DNA of 63,877 bases, counting the filler, from Octopus bimaculoides (lineage: Eukaryota), in the NCBI RefSeq assembly GCF_001194135.2. It is 6 parts of 6 records of this genome, joined end to end, with 100 filler letters (N's around TTAATTAATTAA, not from the genome) between each part and the next. Parts side by side here need not be neighbours in the genome. Positions count along the whole stretch, not along the records: positions 7,446 to 27,143 come from NC_068985.1; 5 more parts are not named here. The stretch is one strand, 5' to 3'. The position numbers and the translations under genes were made by a program. The number at the start of each line of letters is the position of its first letter. Position 1 is the first letter of the stretch. The notes beneath the pieces were generated by a model. That model was not told the DNA's origin, ran no database searches, and saw only the letters and a program-made list of their open reading frames with translations. Shown here piece by piece: positions 13,218-25,298 of the stretch.

Positions 13218-14044
13218 AGCGATAATAACGGTGATGAAAATAACAGCAAAAACAAACCTTAGGTGAAGTATACGGTGAGTTGGACATTGAAGTACTAAGG
13301 TGTGTCGGCGAGTAGTTAGATGTTGAAAATAAAGTGATAAACTCACCCAGGAAATAAAGTTCTCAGATGCAGCAAAATACAAAATGTTGGTGATAATGAT
13401 AAAAGATTTTACTGATATAAACAAACAGTCGATTCGTTAACAATATTCAAGTGGCATTCGTAATTGTGTGGTAAGATTCCTCACATAAAGTTGTCAATGA
13501 ATATGAAGGGAAAGAGAAGAACGAATGAAAGAATAACACATTAAATTACACGCCGTTCCTCCTAACAAGTGAATTGACACGATAACATGTTAGAACAGTA
13601 AAAAAAAAAACAAGTTAATTAGTAAGTTTGCTAATTATGCTAATTAGTTAAATTCATGTTTTCTGAAGGGGTAAGTAAAATAGTAAGAAAATAATTATTT
13701 AATTAGTAAATTTGGTTGTTAGTTAAATTCATGTATCAGAAAGGGTAGGTTTATTAATTCAAGTGTTTGAAAAGCAGAATTGCAAGGAAAAGAGAGACTG
13801 GAAAGGAAGAATACGATAAAAGGCAAGAATGATCGGCAGCAGGTCACCAAAGGCTAAAGTATCGGTTATACTGATTCAAACGATAAACCAACCAGTAAAG
13901 GAATTAGTTGAGGACATATGAATATGTTCCAAAACGTATTAGAAAGGAAAGTTACATAAGGATACTACCAGGTTGCGAGTTGTGAAGAGTATTAAGGTTA
14001 TGATATAATGAGAGAAGATAAAAGGATGAGGCTACCGTCTTACA

Positions 14045-14366
14045 TTGGTTGGTAGTCTATCGGTGTCCGATGATGACAAAGTCTGTGTTCTCAGCGGTGA
14101 GAGCGCATATGACACCGCAGTCCAAAGCTGGAAGCACACAGGCGCCCACAGAAGTCACAGCGATAGTCTGTTCACTGGATTGAGGCGAATGCTGTCCTGT
14201 GACGCCGTTCTCTTGCAACATCGGAACGCTGTCGCCGGTCCTCTTTGAAGGCAGCTGCTGCTCGTGAGGTAAGAGACCTCCACGCTCTGTCTGCGGCAGA
14301 GGCTTCTAGTTCGCGTGGTCTAATGCCGCTCCACTTGAGGTTACTTTTCAGAGTGTCTTTGTACCT
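14045..14366 (-). mobile_element. RTE-clade LINE 3' fragment with C2H2 finger
   Basis: Minus strand encodes RYKDTLKSNLKWSGIRPRELEASAADRAWRSL, then CDFCGRLCASSFGLRCHMRSH*, then a short 3' tail. Confidence 0.75.
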
Positions 14367-14367
14367 C

Positions 14368-15202
14368 ATTTTAACAGATGTATTTACCAAAATTACATTA
14401 AAATATCTTGAAATACTAACGAGTAAATTTATTCAATAAAATCACCATTGGCTTCAACCACGGCCTCCAGACGGCTTCGGAATCGCCTCCAACTCTTCTG
14501 AGCGGTCTTCTTGTTTAAGTTGGTGAATGCTGCTATAATCTAATCCTTGCCTTCAGTTCATCTTTGGTGTTACAAGGAGTTTTGTTGGTCTCTCGCTTAA
14601 CTGCGCCCCACACGTAATAATCAAGGGGGTTGAAGTCTGGGGAGTTAGGTGGCCAGATGTTAGGGGTGATCTGGTCGCAGAAATTGTCTGACAGCCTTGA
14701 CTGAGTTCTCTTGCTTGTGTGACATGGTGCAGAGTTCTGTTGCCAGACATAGGGTCTACCAGCAGCCTCCCTCTTGACCCAGAGTAGCACTGCCTCCGCC
14801 AGGCGCTTGATGTCGGTCTCCGTGTTGAGTCTGAGGCCGTGTGGGAAGATGAATGGAGGAAGATGAAACATCACCATCACTAGTGATCACTCCAAACACC
14901 ATGATGTTGTTAGAATGTTTGACTTTTATCAATCTTGGTACATGTCCTCAGATCGCAATCTTCAAATTGACACCCAAACACTCTGAAATGTTCGTATTGG
15001 ATCTTCCGGCACAAATGCCAAGCAATACAGCATGTCGTTTCTAAATTTCTGGCTGAGTGAATTGCGTCACAGTGCTGTTTTTTCAGAGACGGTACCCGCC
15101 CAACTGACCCAACTATACTGTGTAGTCGACAAAATGAAAAACAAACAATGCGCATGCGCGAAATTAAATATAAAATGGCGACAATTTACTTATCGCACCC
15201 TG
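14368..15202 (-). mobile_element. DD37D (maT/Bmmar1-like) Tc1/mariner transposon remnant
   Basis: 5' TIR CAGGGTGCGATAAGTAAATTGTCGCC at 15202. N-terminus ..KRHAVLLGICAGRSNTNISECLGVNL is joined directly to KVKHSNNIMVFGVITSDG. WQQ(N)SAPCH...SPDFNPLDY has 37 residues between the 2nd and 3rd catalytic positions. C-terminus RFRSRLEAVVEANGDFIE*. Confidence 0.85.
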
Positions 15203-15234
15203 TGTGCGTGTGTGTGTGTGTGTTTGTTGCAAGG

Positions 15235-15320
15235 TCTTCTTTCAATTTCCGCTTGCCAAATCCACTCACAAGGCTTAGGTCGACCCATGGCTAAAGTAGA
15301 AGGCACTTGCCTATAGGTGC
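15235..15320 (-). mobile_element. SINE family B internal fragment
   Basis: Reverse complement of the GGCAAGTGTCTTCTAC..GCCTTGTGAGTGGATTTGG..GGAAA(C/T)TGAAAGAAG block seen at 16060-16140. Confidence 0.75.
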
Positions 15321-15344
15321 TCCGGACAATGCTTCTCCGCATCA

Positions 15345-15500
15345 CTTACGGTTTAACGTTCTGCGTTTAAATTCCACCGAGTTCGACTTTACATTTCATC
15401 TTTTGGGGTCGATGAAATAAGTACCAGTTGAGTACTGAGGTCGATGTAATCGACTAATTCCTTCCCACAAAATTTCAAGCCTTGTGCCTGTAATAGAAGG
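15345..15500 (+). mobile_element. SINE family A copy (5'-truncated)
   Basis: AAATTCCACCGAGTTCGACTTT..GGGGTCGATGAAATAAGTACCAGTTGAGTACTGAGGTCGATGTAATCGACT..GCCTTGTGCC. Confidence 0.8.
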
Positions 15501-16008
15501 GATTTATTGCCGCTGTTGTCGATGATGGTGATGATGGTGTTGTTATATTTATAGAAAGTAGACTGACAGAACCAGTAAATATGGAACAAAATTTCTTGAT
15601 ATGATCTTGCTAAGGTCGAACTCTGCATACGTGGAGTGTCACGAATAAGATGTCCCCTGATGATCTCATACATAAAATATCTAAATATGTACAATATTTT
15701 CAACAGGAGGGCATTTTCTTAATATCATCAGTAGCATGTTATCAAATGATTTTAATCTATTCCCAGCAGGTGAACGTTCTCAAGTGCTTTCACACATATT
15801 GCCAACAGGTGAATGAGGCACCTATATTTACAAAAGTGCTCTCTTTGCAAAGTTACAAAACACCTGCGCCTGCTATAAATGTCAGTGCACAACACACCAG
15901 TAGATAGTTCAATGTTATATCCCTTCTGTTGTGGCATCTATTTATGTGTATGTAGAGAGATTCATCAGATCGCTATCACACATATATTAGGTTCAGCAAA
16001 TAGGAGTA

Positions 16009-16384
16009 GGCGCAGGAGTGGCTGTGTGGTAAGTAGCTTGCTTAGAAACCACATGGTTCCGGGGCAAGTGTCTTCTACTATAACCTCGGGCCGACCAAAG
16101 CCTTGTGAGTGGATTTGGTAGACGGAAACTGAAAGAAGCCCGTCGTATATATGTATATGTATATATATGTGTGTGTCTGTGTTTGTCCCCCCCAACATCG
16201 CTTGACAACCGATGCTTGTGTGTTTACGTCCCCGTAACTTAGCGGTTCGGCAAAAGAGACCGATAGAATAAGCACTAGGCTTACAAAGAATAAGTCCTGG
16301 GGTCGATTTGCTCGACTAAAGGCGGTGCTCCAGCATGGCCGCAGTCAAATGACTGAAACAAGTAAAAGAGTAAGAGTAAGAGAG
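16009..16384 (+). mobile_element. tRNA-derived SINE family B, near full length
   Basis: A-box-like TGGCTGTGTGG head, GGGCAAGTGTCTT CORE-like block, internal (TA)/(TG) microsatellite, and AAGAGT tail repeats. The B-box segment present in the 17664 copy (GGTTCCGAGTTCAGTCCC) is deleted here. Confidence 0.85.
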
Positions 16385-16772
16385 TATCTAACAACATCTT
16401 GTGCGCAAATGTATAATAATAATTTATTTTCACTCCCGTAAATCGTTGGAAAGCATCGTTTGGAAATTGGTCCTAAATATATTCCCGTAAACAATCACCA
16501 CCGGTTAGCTACCGGACACATCTGTCTCTTCTTTCATTACCTTATAACCTCACTTCACATCTAAACTAAACGTTTCGTTCAATCCTTGACGTGCAAGCTC
16601 GAGAATTTTCTCCTTGCCTACTTTCTTTTCCCTCCCGTAGACGACATCAGCTGCTTTGATCCCACCATTCTAGAAGGAATTGTAAAAATTATAATTACTG
16701 CTACTTGCTCTCTGTCTTAGAAAAATATTGTAAGAACTGTGAAATCGATTCGATATATAGTTCAGTCTGTTT

Positions 16773-16873
16773 TTAAGGGGCTAATTTGGGGAGCTGCATT
16801 TTCCTCGCGTTCGGTAAAAATGTGTTTATTATGGTAGTTTAGCGTGAGGCATTCTTGTATAGTAATGCCCTTA
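16773..16873. mobile_element. Short element related to the 58356 palindromic MITE
   Basis: 16832-16873 matches the reverse complement of 58357-58418 apart from a 20-bp deletion. Termini are TTAAGGGGC...GCCCTTA. Confidence 0.6.
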
Positions 16874-17663
16874 TATATATATATATACCTAGATAGTATT
16901 TATAGGAAACACGCAAACTAAATGCAACTGTTTTTGTTTTTGTTTTCAATCCTTTCAAACGTCTTATTCTACAATATGGTTATTTAGTAATAGCTTCCAA
17001 CCATTTCTAAGCTGTAAGAATATTTAACATACCAAAAGTCTATGATGAGATGATTACACCCATAAAACAAGAGAAACATAGCCTTTTCTGAAGACAGCTT
17101 TTTTAAGCTTGGAAACATCAGCCAGATTGATTCATATGTGATGGAATGTTATTCCTAACAATATTTCTCCAGCAACGAATTATAGACATTTTACAGACAA
17201 GTAGTGGATAGCGAACGACATTTTGAGTAGGAAATAATACTTTAACCTTGATTGCTTAAGAGGGAAAATAGACAGATAAAAAGGCAGAGGGACAGTAGGG
17301 ATCACTGGATGTAGACAGTAGAAAGAACAAGCACTATCACAATTCTTTGAGCCCAACTGAATGCGTGGAAGCGGTGCGGAACAATGTAACAGTATCAGCT
17401 TCAGAAGAAATATCACAGTCTTATATTTTCTAAGATAATTATCTTTTTATGAATGTATATGTGCGTGCATGTATGTGCGTGCGTAGATATGTATGTACGT
17501 ATGTGTGTGTTTGTATACATATACATAGATATGTGTGTATGTATATATACAAGTCTCAATTTAGTTACCTTTGTCTGATAGTCTGACGAAGGCAACTGAA
17601 CCGAAGCTTCAAAGCCGCTTTCAACATTTATTTTTATTTATTCAAGTGTATTTATTATTTATT

Positions 17664-17775
17664 TCACAAAGCTTTGGTCGGTCCGAGGTTATAGTAGAAG
17701 TCACTTGCCCAAGGTGGGACTGAACTCGGAACCATGTGGCTGGTAAGCAAGCTACTCACCACATAGCCACTCCTA
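17664..17775 (-). mobile_element. SINE family B 5' half
   Basis: Minus strand: GGAGTGGCTATGTGG..ATGGTTCCGAGTTCAGTCCCACCTTGGGCAAGTGACTTCTAC..GACCAAAGC. Confidence 0.8.
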
Positions 17776-18021
17776 TATCTTTCAATCTCTCCCTCTCTCT
17801 CCACACACACACATACATACATACATACTTACACACATACATACGTACATACATATNNNNNNNNNNNNNNNNNNNNNNNNNNNNNNNNNNNNNNNNNNNN
17901 NNNNNNNNNNNNNNNNNNNNNNNNNNNNNNNNNNNNNNNNNNNNNNNNNNNNNNNNNNNNNNNNNNNNNNNNNNNNNNNNNNNNNNNNNNNNNNNNNNNN
18001 NNNNNNNNNNNNNNNNNNNNN

Positions 18022-18072
<51 letters not shown>

Positions 18073-19054
18073 CGGTCAGTAGTTCAAAAATCGAATCGAA
18101 AAGAAGCACACAATAAAACGTTAGAGTAGTAATAGTTGGAAAGTTGTTTGTTATGCCTGATTAGGGAGTTGACTATCTAACCGGCCATAAAAACAACCTT
18201 CTAAGTATATATATTCTTGATTTGCTGACCATCTTAAGCGAAAATATACTCAAATTCCGTCCTCGATCAATAGCATAGATCAGCTGTTATATAAAGCAGT
18301 CATGAATTAGAATGTCCCACGTGGATTAAATAAGACTGTAAGCACATACTTTCTATTCTATTGATGTACGGAAAAGGCACAGATATGCAAGTTAGGCAAC
18401 CCATATGTTGCTAGCCTAATTTATTACTTCTTTATAAAGCAGCTGGCCGATGATGTTGATTGTAGAATAAAGCCGGGTACGTCTTCTCTGAGGAACGACC
18501 AACAATCCGTGAAATGCTCCGTCAAAAGACTCCCTATTTTTTCCGCACATTAATAGCGTAGAAAAACTGCGTTTACATTATTATTGAATCTACAAAATTC
18601 AATTCATATCCTGTCGTCTTGGTCATGATATATTTCTTTCTTATCTTATATCATAAGAGACGACGAGAGGTGGGGTTGGCAGACAGACAGAAAGAAAAGG
18701 AAAGAGAGAAAGAGGAAAAAGACAGAGAGAAATCAATACTGTAATTGTGAAACAAAATCCTATCATTATGTTAATTGCGTTGTCGGTAGAACATAAAACC
18801 AATAGGTATTATTAAGAAACTTAATAGTTATTGTAGTCGTTGTTTTGTGTGGCCGAACCCCCATTCAATGGAACAATTGCACAGTTGACAATAGAGACCA
18901 ACTGTAATTCCAATAGAACGAATTGCGAATACTCTCGTCAGTCACTCCAGCTTATTTTAGTGTTTTAGTGTTTAGTGTTTTAGCTTATTTTAGTATTTTC
19001 ATAATTCTCTTTTATAATTTTATAATTTTTCTTTTTACTTTGTGTCTAAATATA

Positions 19055-19343
19055 GGTACGGCCTAGTGGTTAGGTTGTTGCACTCAAGATTGCGAGATCG
19101 TGGTTTCAATTCTTGGACCGGATGGTACGTTGTGTTCTTGAGAAAAACACGTCATCTCATGTTGCTCTGCGATCACTTGGACACCTGACACGTGGTACAC
19201 CGTGCACCCTGTTCAGGCAAAGCCGATTTGATGGAAGGAGTGAGCAAATATACATTACATAAATTTGCTCACTATATACAAATCATTTGTGCAGGTCGAT
19301 CGGCAAAAGCTGAGCACTCACACGTCGTCATCGACGGGAGAGT

Positions 19344-19345
<2 letters not shown>
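19055..19345 (+). mobile_element. tRNA-derived SINE family C
   Basis: A-box-like GGCCTAGTGGTTAG and B-box-like GGTTTCAATTC, then a GTTGTGTTCTTGAG..ACAC CORE-like block. Ends before a (TA)n run. Confidence 0.7.
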
Positions 19346-19383
<38 letters not shown>

Positions 19384-19960
19384 ATTATTAAAAAATGGCA
19401 AAAAAAATCATATATTAATTAATATCGATTAATTACCAGGAAGCTAGCACATTTAAAGAATCAAAGAGATTCAGAAACAGTATCTGCAATCTCCGGGGAT
19501 TAAAGTACATTTTTATATATGACGTTGACCACTAACGTGGACATTTAATGTGCTAGAAATAGATCACATCTTGTGTCTAAAAAGACCTAAATTGTTCTCA
19601 ACATGAAATATAGCGTGATACCAAAACGTAAGCGGGCAAGACATTTAAAATCACCGAAAAGGAACATTATTAAACAGGTACCGGTTTCAAATTCAACAAT
19701 CTTACCGACTGTCTATTTCTGCAGCTAAGCCCGGTTTCACCCGGTCGGTTTGGATCATATGGCTGTAAAACCTGCTCTGTGTAAGCATTCGACTTGCTTG
19801 GGTACGATTACATTAAAAAACAATGTTAGAATGACTTTTTTGTCAAAACGCTAAAAATAACTGACCAACAAAAAATAACCAACCAAGATTCAAGCAAATC
19901 AAAAAAATGAACCCAAATACTAAGCGAACAAAGATGAACCATCCGACTTCCATTGCGCGC

Positions 19961-20003
<43 letters not shown>

Positions 20004-20080
20004 CGCGCACGCGCGCATTCGAATACCCACCCTTTTACATACACACACCAGCGTGCAATTTTCATCATCCCACTACCAAG

Positions 20081-20310
20081 TATGACATCACCCCTTCCTT
20101 CCTTATTCATCTATTACCCCTTCCTTTCTCATTCATAAACACAAGAGTATTATTATGGTAGATTATCTCGGTAACCATGAGAGCTATGAAAAAAATATGA
20201 CATCACCCCTTCCTTCCTTATTCATCTATCACCCCTTCTTTTCTCATTCATTAACACAAGAGCTTTATTATAGTAGATTATCTCTGTAACCGTGGGAGCT
20301 ATGAAAAAAT
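20081..20310. repeat. 115-bp tandem duplication (2 copies)
   Basis: TATGACATCACCCCTTCCTTCCTTATTCATCTAT... starts at 20081 and 20196. About ten substitutions separate the copies. Confidence 0.9.
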
Positions 20311-20522
20311 ACAAGGCCCAGCAACACCACCGGATCATTCTACACACGCAATTCCACCCAACAGTTTGACCATGAATCCCAAGACTAGAAAGAATCGCCC
20401 ATGTCAAATTTATATGTATAGATATATATATATATTACTAACTTTTGACACAACGCCACAAATATGTATAGGAAATGATACAGACTGCTCATTTAGACGC
20501 AATATATTACCGACACTAAAGC

Positions 20523-20950
20523 GGCGAGCTGGCAGAAACGTTAACACGCTGGGCGAAATGCTTAGCAGTATTTCGTCTGCCGTTACGTTCTGAGTTCAAA
20601 TTCCGCCGAGGTCGACTTTGCCTTTCATCCTTTCGGGGTCGATAAATTAAGTACCAGTTACGCACTGGGGTCGATGTAATCGACTTAATCACTTTGTATG
20701 TCCTTGTTTGTCCCCTCTGTGCTTAGCCCCTTGTGGGCAATAAAGAAATAAGAAACGTTAGCACGCCGGGCGAAATGCTTAGCAGTATTTCGTCTGACTT
20801 TCCGTTCTTAGTTCAAATTCCGCCGAGATCGACTTTGCCTTTCATCCTTTCAGGGTCGATAAATTTAGCACCAGTTGCGTCCTGGGGTCGATCTAATTCA
20901 CTGGCCCCTTCCCCAAAATTCTCGGGCCTTGAGTCTAGAGTAGAAAAGAA
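20523..20950 (+). mobile_element. SINE family A head-to-tail dimer
   Basis: Unit 1 starts GGCGAGCTGGCAGAAACG at 20523. Unit 2 restarts AGAAACGTTAGCACGCCGGGCG at 20751. The two units have different 3' ends. Confidence 0.85.
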
Positions 20951-21232
20951 TATATTACTGACACTTAACGAGGTGGACTCTAGCCCAAACAAGAACAATC
21001 TTTTTCTCGCAGAAGGTTGTATGAGATATAATTCGGAGCATAACATTAACACAATAATTTTTAAAAACCTCATAAGTAGTATAGATTACACCATATAGAG
21101 GGCTAAGTAAGTTATATATAAAAACTTGATTGAGAGAAAGTGTGGGCAAATTAGAGAGAAAAAGAAACGAAATAGTTGAATTTCACAGATTTATATTATG
21201 TTATAAGATTACACCGAGAATTCATATTTTGT

Positions 21233-21540
21233 CTTTTACTACTTTCAGTCATTGGACTGCGGCCATACTGGGGCACCGTCCTGAAGTGTTTTAGTAAAAA
21301 AAAATCGATCCCAGTACTTATTTTCTTTTTTTAAGCGTGGTACTTAGTCTATCGGACTCTTTTGCTGAAACGCTAAGGAACGAGGACGTTAACAAGCCAA
21401 CACTAGTTGTTAAAATTCCGCCGAGATCGACTTTGCCTTTTGGACTCGATAAATTAAGTACCAGTTGCATACTGGGATCGATCTAATCGACTGGCCCCCT
21501 CTCCCAAAATATCGGTCCTTGTGCCTAGAGTAGAAAAGAA
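21233..21540. mobile_element. SINE family B 3' half (-) fused to SINE family A fragment (+)
   Basis: 21233-21412 is the reverse complement of the 16200-16384 tail. 21413-21540 is AAATTCCGCCGAGATCGACTTTGCC..GATAAATTAAGTACCAGTTG..CCTTGTGCC. Confidence 0.75.
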
Positions 21541-21618
21541 TGTTTCTCAATGACAGACGGTATGGTCAGTACTAGAAATCCGTTGATCATAGGTCTGTTA
21601 GATCAAGGTTAAATAATG

Positions 21619-21832
21619 ATTTCAGATTTTGGCACAAGACCAGCAATTTCGAGGAAGGAGTAAATCAATTACATCAACCCTCAGTATTCAGCAGGTACTT
21701 ATTTTATCGATCCTGAAAGGATGAAAGGCAAAGTCGCCCTCAGCAGAATTTGAACTCAAGACGTTAAAGACGGACGAAATGCCGCTAAGCGTTTTACCCG
21801 ACGTGCTTACAATTATGTCTGGTCGCCGCCTT
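21619..21832 (-). mobile_element. SINE family A copy, full length, diverged
   Basis: Minus-strand head GGCGGCGACC and core CTTTGCCTTTCATCCTTTCAGGATCGATAAAATAAGTACC. Further degenerate copies follow to about 22520. Confidence 0.8.
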
Positions 21833-22897
21833 TGACCAAAGTTAAATAATAATTGTCACTTATTTTATCGACTCTAAAGAACCTCCGACGGGACTTGAAT
21901 TAAGAACATAACAAGACGAGAGTAAATACTATAAGATGCTTACGCCGGCACTCTACTGCTTCAGCCTGATAACAGTATCTCATCACTGGTTATTTTATCG
22001 ATCTCCAAGAGATGAAAGTCAAGGTCAGTGCAGGTGGAATTTCTCTTTGGAACGTAGAGGAACGAAATTAGATAAGGTAAATCATCTCGCCCCACATTCT
22101 GCTGTTCCTGGCACTCCACCGACTAACCAGGTCAATAACACACATACTTCCTGGGTTTTGCATGTAAAAAAATCACAACTCGGTTTAAACATCTGTTATC
22201 TCGCTGACATCATCTATTAAGTACAGTTACCTCAAAGGCAATATGTTTCTCCATTGTCTCAGATATTTTACAGGAAATATATATTTACAAAATGAGATCT
22301 TCGCCAATTTCTGGGAATTTTATATGTTACCTGTGCCATTCCAGAATAGTGATTTTATGTTTGTTTTCGCTTTTGCTTTCCACAGGGCAGAATGCCAACG
22401 CTCGCTGGGAAGGATGTACAGTCGAGTGAACCAACATTAGCAATAGGTCTGGTGCTTATTTTATTGACTCCAGTGATTAAAGGCAAATTTAATCCCAGTG
22501 GGATTCACACTCGCAGCATCTAGCGAGATAAAAACTAATATTGATTATATAGCAGTAAATTTGCTTTTATATTGCATAGGAGATAATGACCATAGAAATC
22601 TATGAGGAAGTACGTCTCGTATAATGGGGTTTTCGTTACCGCAAGATTTTCTGGAACACAGCATTTCCGTAACACGGAGCATGCCTATAATGGATACGAT
22701 AAAAGAGACAAAGACAGAAAGCCGGAGGGAGAGAGTGTGTGTGTTTACGTGTGTTTGCATGTTTTTGCGTGTTTGTGTGCGTGATTAGGGGAAATTTGAT
22801 TGCTATTTCTTCCAAGTTGCGCGACGAGATTCTCACGTTACTTTGCTAGCCTAAACTGTAACTAATTGTATAACTGAGGAAATATATACCTGAAAAT

Positions 22898-23285
22898 GGG
22901 CTCAGGTTTGGCGGGATGGTTAAGAAGCTTGCTTCCTAACTATGTGGTCTTGGGTTCAGTCTCACCTTGGCCAAATATTTTTCACTATAGCCTGAGTTTG
23001 ACTAAAGTCTTGTGAGTGAGTTTAGCAAGCGGAAACTGAAACAAGCCTGTCGTATATGTGTGTGTATTTGTGTAGGGATGGTGCCATTATGTTTGTGTTT
23101 GTCCCCCACCACGACTTGACAACTGATGTTGGTTTGTTTACAACCCCCATAACTTAGTGTTTCGTTAAAAAAAAACGATAAAATTACTACCAGGCTTTAG
23201 AAAATAAGTACTAAGGTTGATTTGTTTAACTAAACCATTTAAAGTTGTGCCCCAGTATGGCCGCAATCAATACAAATAGAAGGAA
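22898..23285 (+). mobile_element. SINE family B, full length, diverged
   Basis: Colinear with 16009-16384 along its length: GGTTCAGTC, CACCTTGG, GTCTTGTGAGTGAG, GGAAACTGAA, CCAGTATGGCCGCA. Confidence 0.75.
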
Positions 23286-24210
23286 AAAAGGACTGAACTA
23301 TATGTGACTGATGAGAAGCAAATTGTAGACGATTGCTGCCATAATATTTTGCAGAATGCATTTTGCAGAATGCATTTTGCGGATCCTTTCTGTTTGGCAG
23401 CCACTTTTCAATTTCTTCAATTTTTGTTCCAAATGGTTTCATATTTGGTGAAATGATGTAGTTTTGTATGGTAATCATTGACAGGAAATTTATTTTCGCC
23501 ATAAGTCAATAAATAAAGAGTTGATAACTTTTAAAGTTTGCAAATTTTGGATATTTTAGTCATTCGAAAGCCACAGACATATAGGTACCTGTTTCCACAG
23601 AAACAAGCCAAGCTGTTACCAAGCTGCTTACCCATGTGGTCATTTTAAATGCTTAAAAACACATGAGGTATGGGGTGTTATATGGGTGGTATGAGGAGGT
23701 ATATGGCGTGCATAGAGCAGAATTCCGCCAATATTTCATTTGTTTACAGATGACAACACATGCAGTCACGCACAAAATGACAGCTTCCAAATTAAACTTT
23801 AAATCTCTGTTACTTTTTGTTTTTAAATCTTTTTCTGGAAAAAGTGAATTAGCCCCTGAGATTCAGCATGGAAAACTACATCAATACACCAAATTGAAAA
23901 TGTTTAACTAAGGTGTAACCAAACAGAAAAGATTCCGTCTTACATTCATGTGACATCTTGACATTGATACTAAAATACGAACTTTGAGAAGAACAGGGAG
24001 CATAGATGCAGAATTTCCCATTTTGTATTATGCGTGTGGTTCATAAAATTAATCTAATTATTTTTGAAAGGAAGAGGAATACACTTCCAATGAATTTATT
24101 TACTCATCTTTGTCTTGAATGCATCACTGAACCATTGTAAAACAAACGTTTAAGATTTTATTCTACTTTCACTGCATAATTCAAATTTTAACCTGCTTGT
24201 GCAGCGTCGT

Positions 24211-24293
24211 TATATAAACTAGTATATAGTTTATACACTGTCCTTATATGCTTCAGACTGGCTGACTCAACCTCATGTTGAAAGTGACACGTG
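24211..24293 (+). promoter_or_regulatory. Candidate core promoter of the sHSP gene (TATA, AP-1, E-box)
   Basis: TATATAAA at 24211-24218, TGACTCA at 24263-24269 and CACGTG at 24288-24293, about 1.1 kb upstream of the ATG. Motif matches only; no TSS data. Confidence 0.25.
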
Positions 24294-24311
24294 TGCTGCA
24301 ACAACAGCGAA

Positions 24312-24399
24312 ATACGTATATGTTGCTCTCGCAGTCTCTCTGGGCGATTTTATTTATACGTATATGTTGCTCCCGCAGTCTCTCCGGGCGATTTTATTT
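24312..24399. repeat. 44-bp tandem duplication
   Basis: ATACGTATATGTTGCTC(T/C)CGCAGTCTCTC(T/C)GGGCGATTTTATTT x2 with 2 mismatches. Confidence 0.95.
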
Positions 24400-24771
24400 C
24401 GCCTAACTCTAAAGTATATTGTGTTTTTTAACAGGATACGTCTATAATGAAATTTTTACAGAACGAGAATTGCGGCGTCTGGTTTTTCAACTATTCACAT
24501 GCGTTATCTTGTGTAGATAAACATTTCTACATAAATTTAGTTGGATATGCAATAAAACAAAACGTATCTGCAATATTGATTTTTACTGAAGTTTTTGCGT
24601 AATTGAATATGTATATGTTAGTGAAATTTTATTATTTTGTTTTGATTACATTACAAACAACATCTTGTGGGTACCCATTCAAATTCTCTACCACTGTCGC
24701 ATACTCCATTTTCTCTCTCCTTTTTTTTATTTACTCTGATTACTTTCACATACAACACTTTCTTTCCTTCT

Positions 24772-24809
<38 letters not shown>

Positions 24810-25269
24810 CGCTCTCTTCTATACGATCACATTTCCCTCATTTTTACATATCGAGAGCGTTGCATTATAGATAACAGCTATTCTGCAAATCAATCTAAAT
24901 CACAAGGCTTTCAGTCTTATGTGAATGAACTGCGATTAACAAACATTATGGTAGATCAATTTATTTGTATCAAGCTCTACATCTGATATTCTAAACAATA
25001 TATTCCATCGCTTTAATTTCAAATTTATTCTCAACCCATTTTCCGTCGGCATTATGAATGTTTTTGAGTACGATAACATTGTTTCGTTTTTATTTCGTAT
25101 ATTATCAGATATTTTTTCCGGCTTGTGATTACCAGTTATTTTACTCAAAATATTAGATGACTTTTCATTCTTATCAGAATCGTTGAAGTTTTGGTTATTT
25201 TTCTCCTTTTAAACTCTTTACTATTTGTATTAAATAAATAATGCTTCCGGTTAACGACAAGATTTTTAA

Positions 25270-25298
25270 TTTCTTTCCGTTTTTTTCTTTCTTTACAG
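25270..25298 (+). promoter_or_regulatory. 3' splice acceptor of a 5'UTR intron
   Basis: Long pyrimidine tract TTCTTTCCGTTTTTTTCTTTCTTTACAG ending at 25298, 30 nt before the ATG, which lies in a CAAAATG context. Confidence 0.65.

Noticed and set aside
23345-23382. ATTTTGCAGAATGC repeats as a heat-shock element
   Set aside because: The GAA spacing is 14 bp, not the 5-bp alternating or 10-bp period of an HSE.
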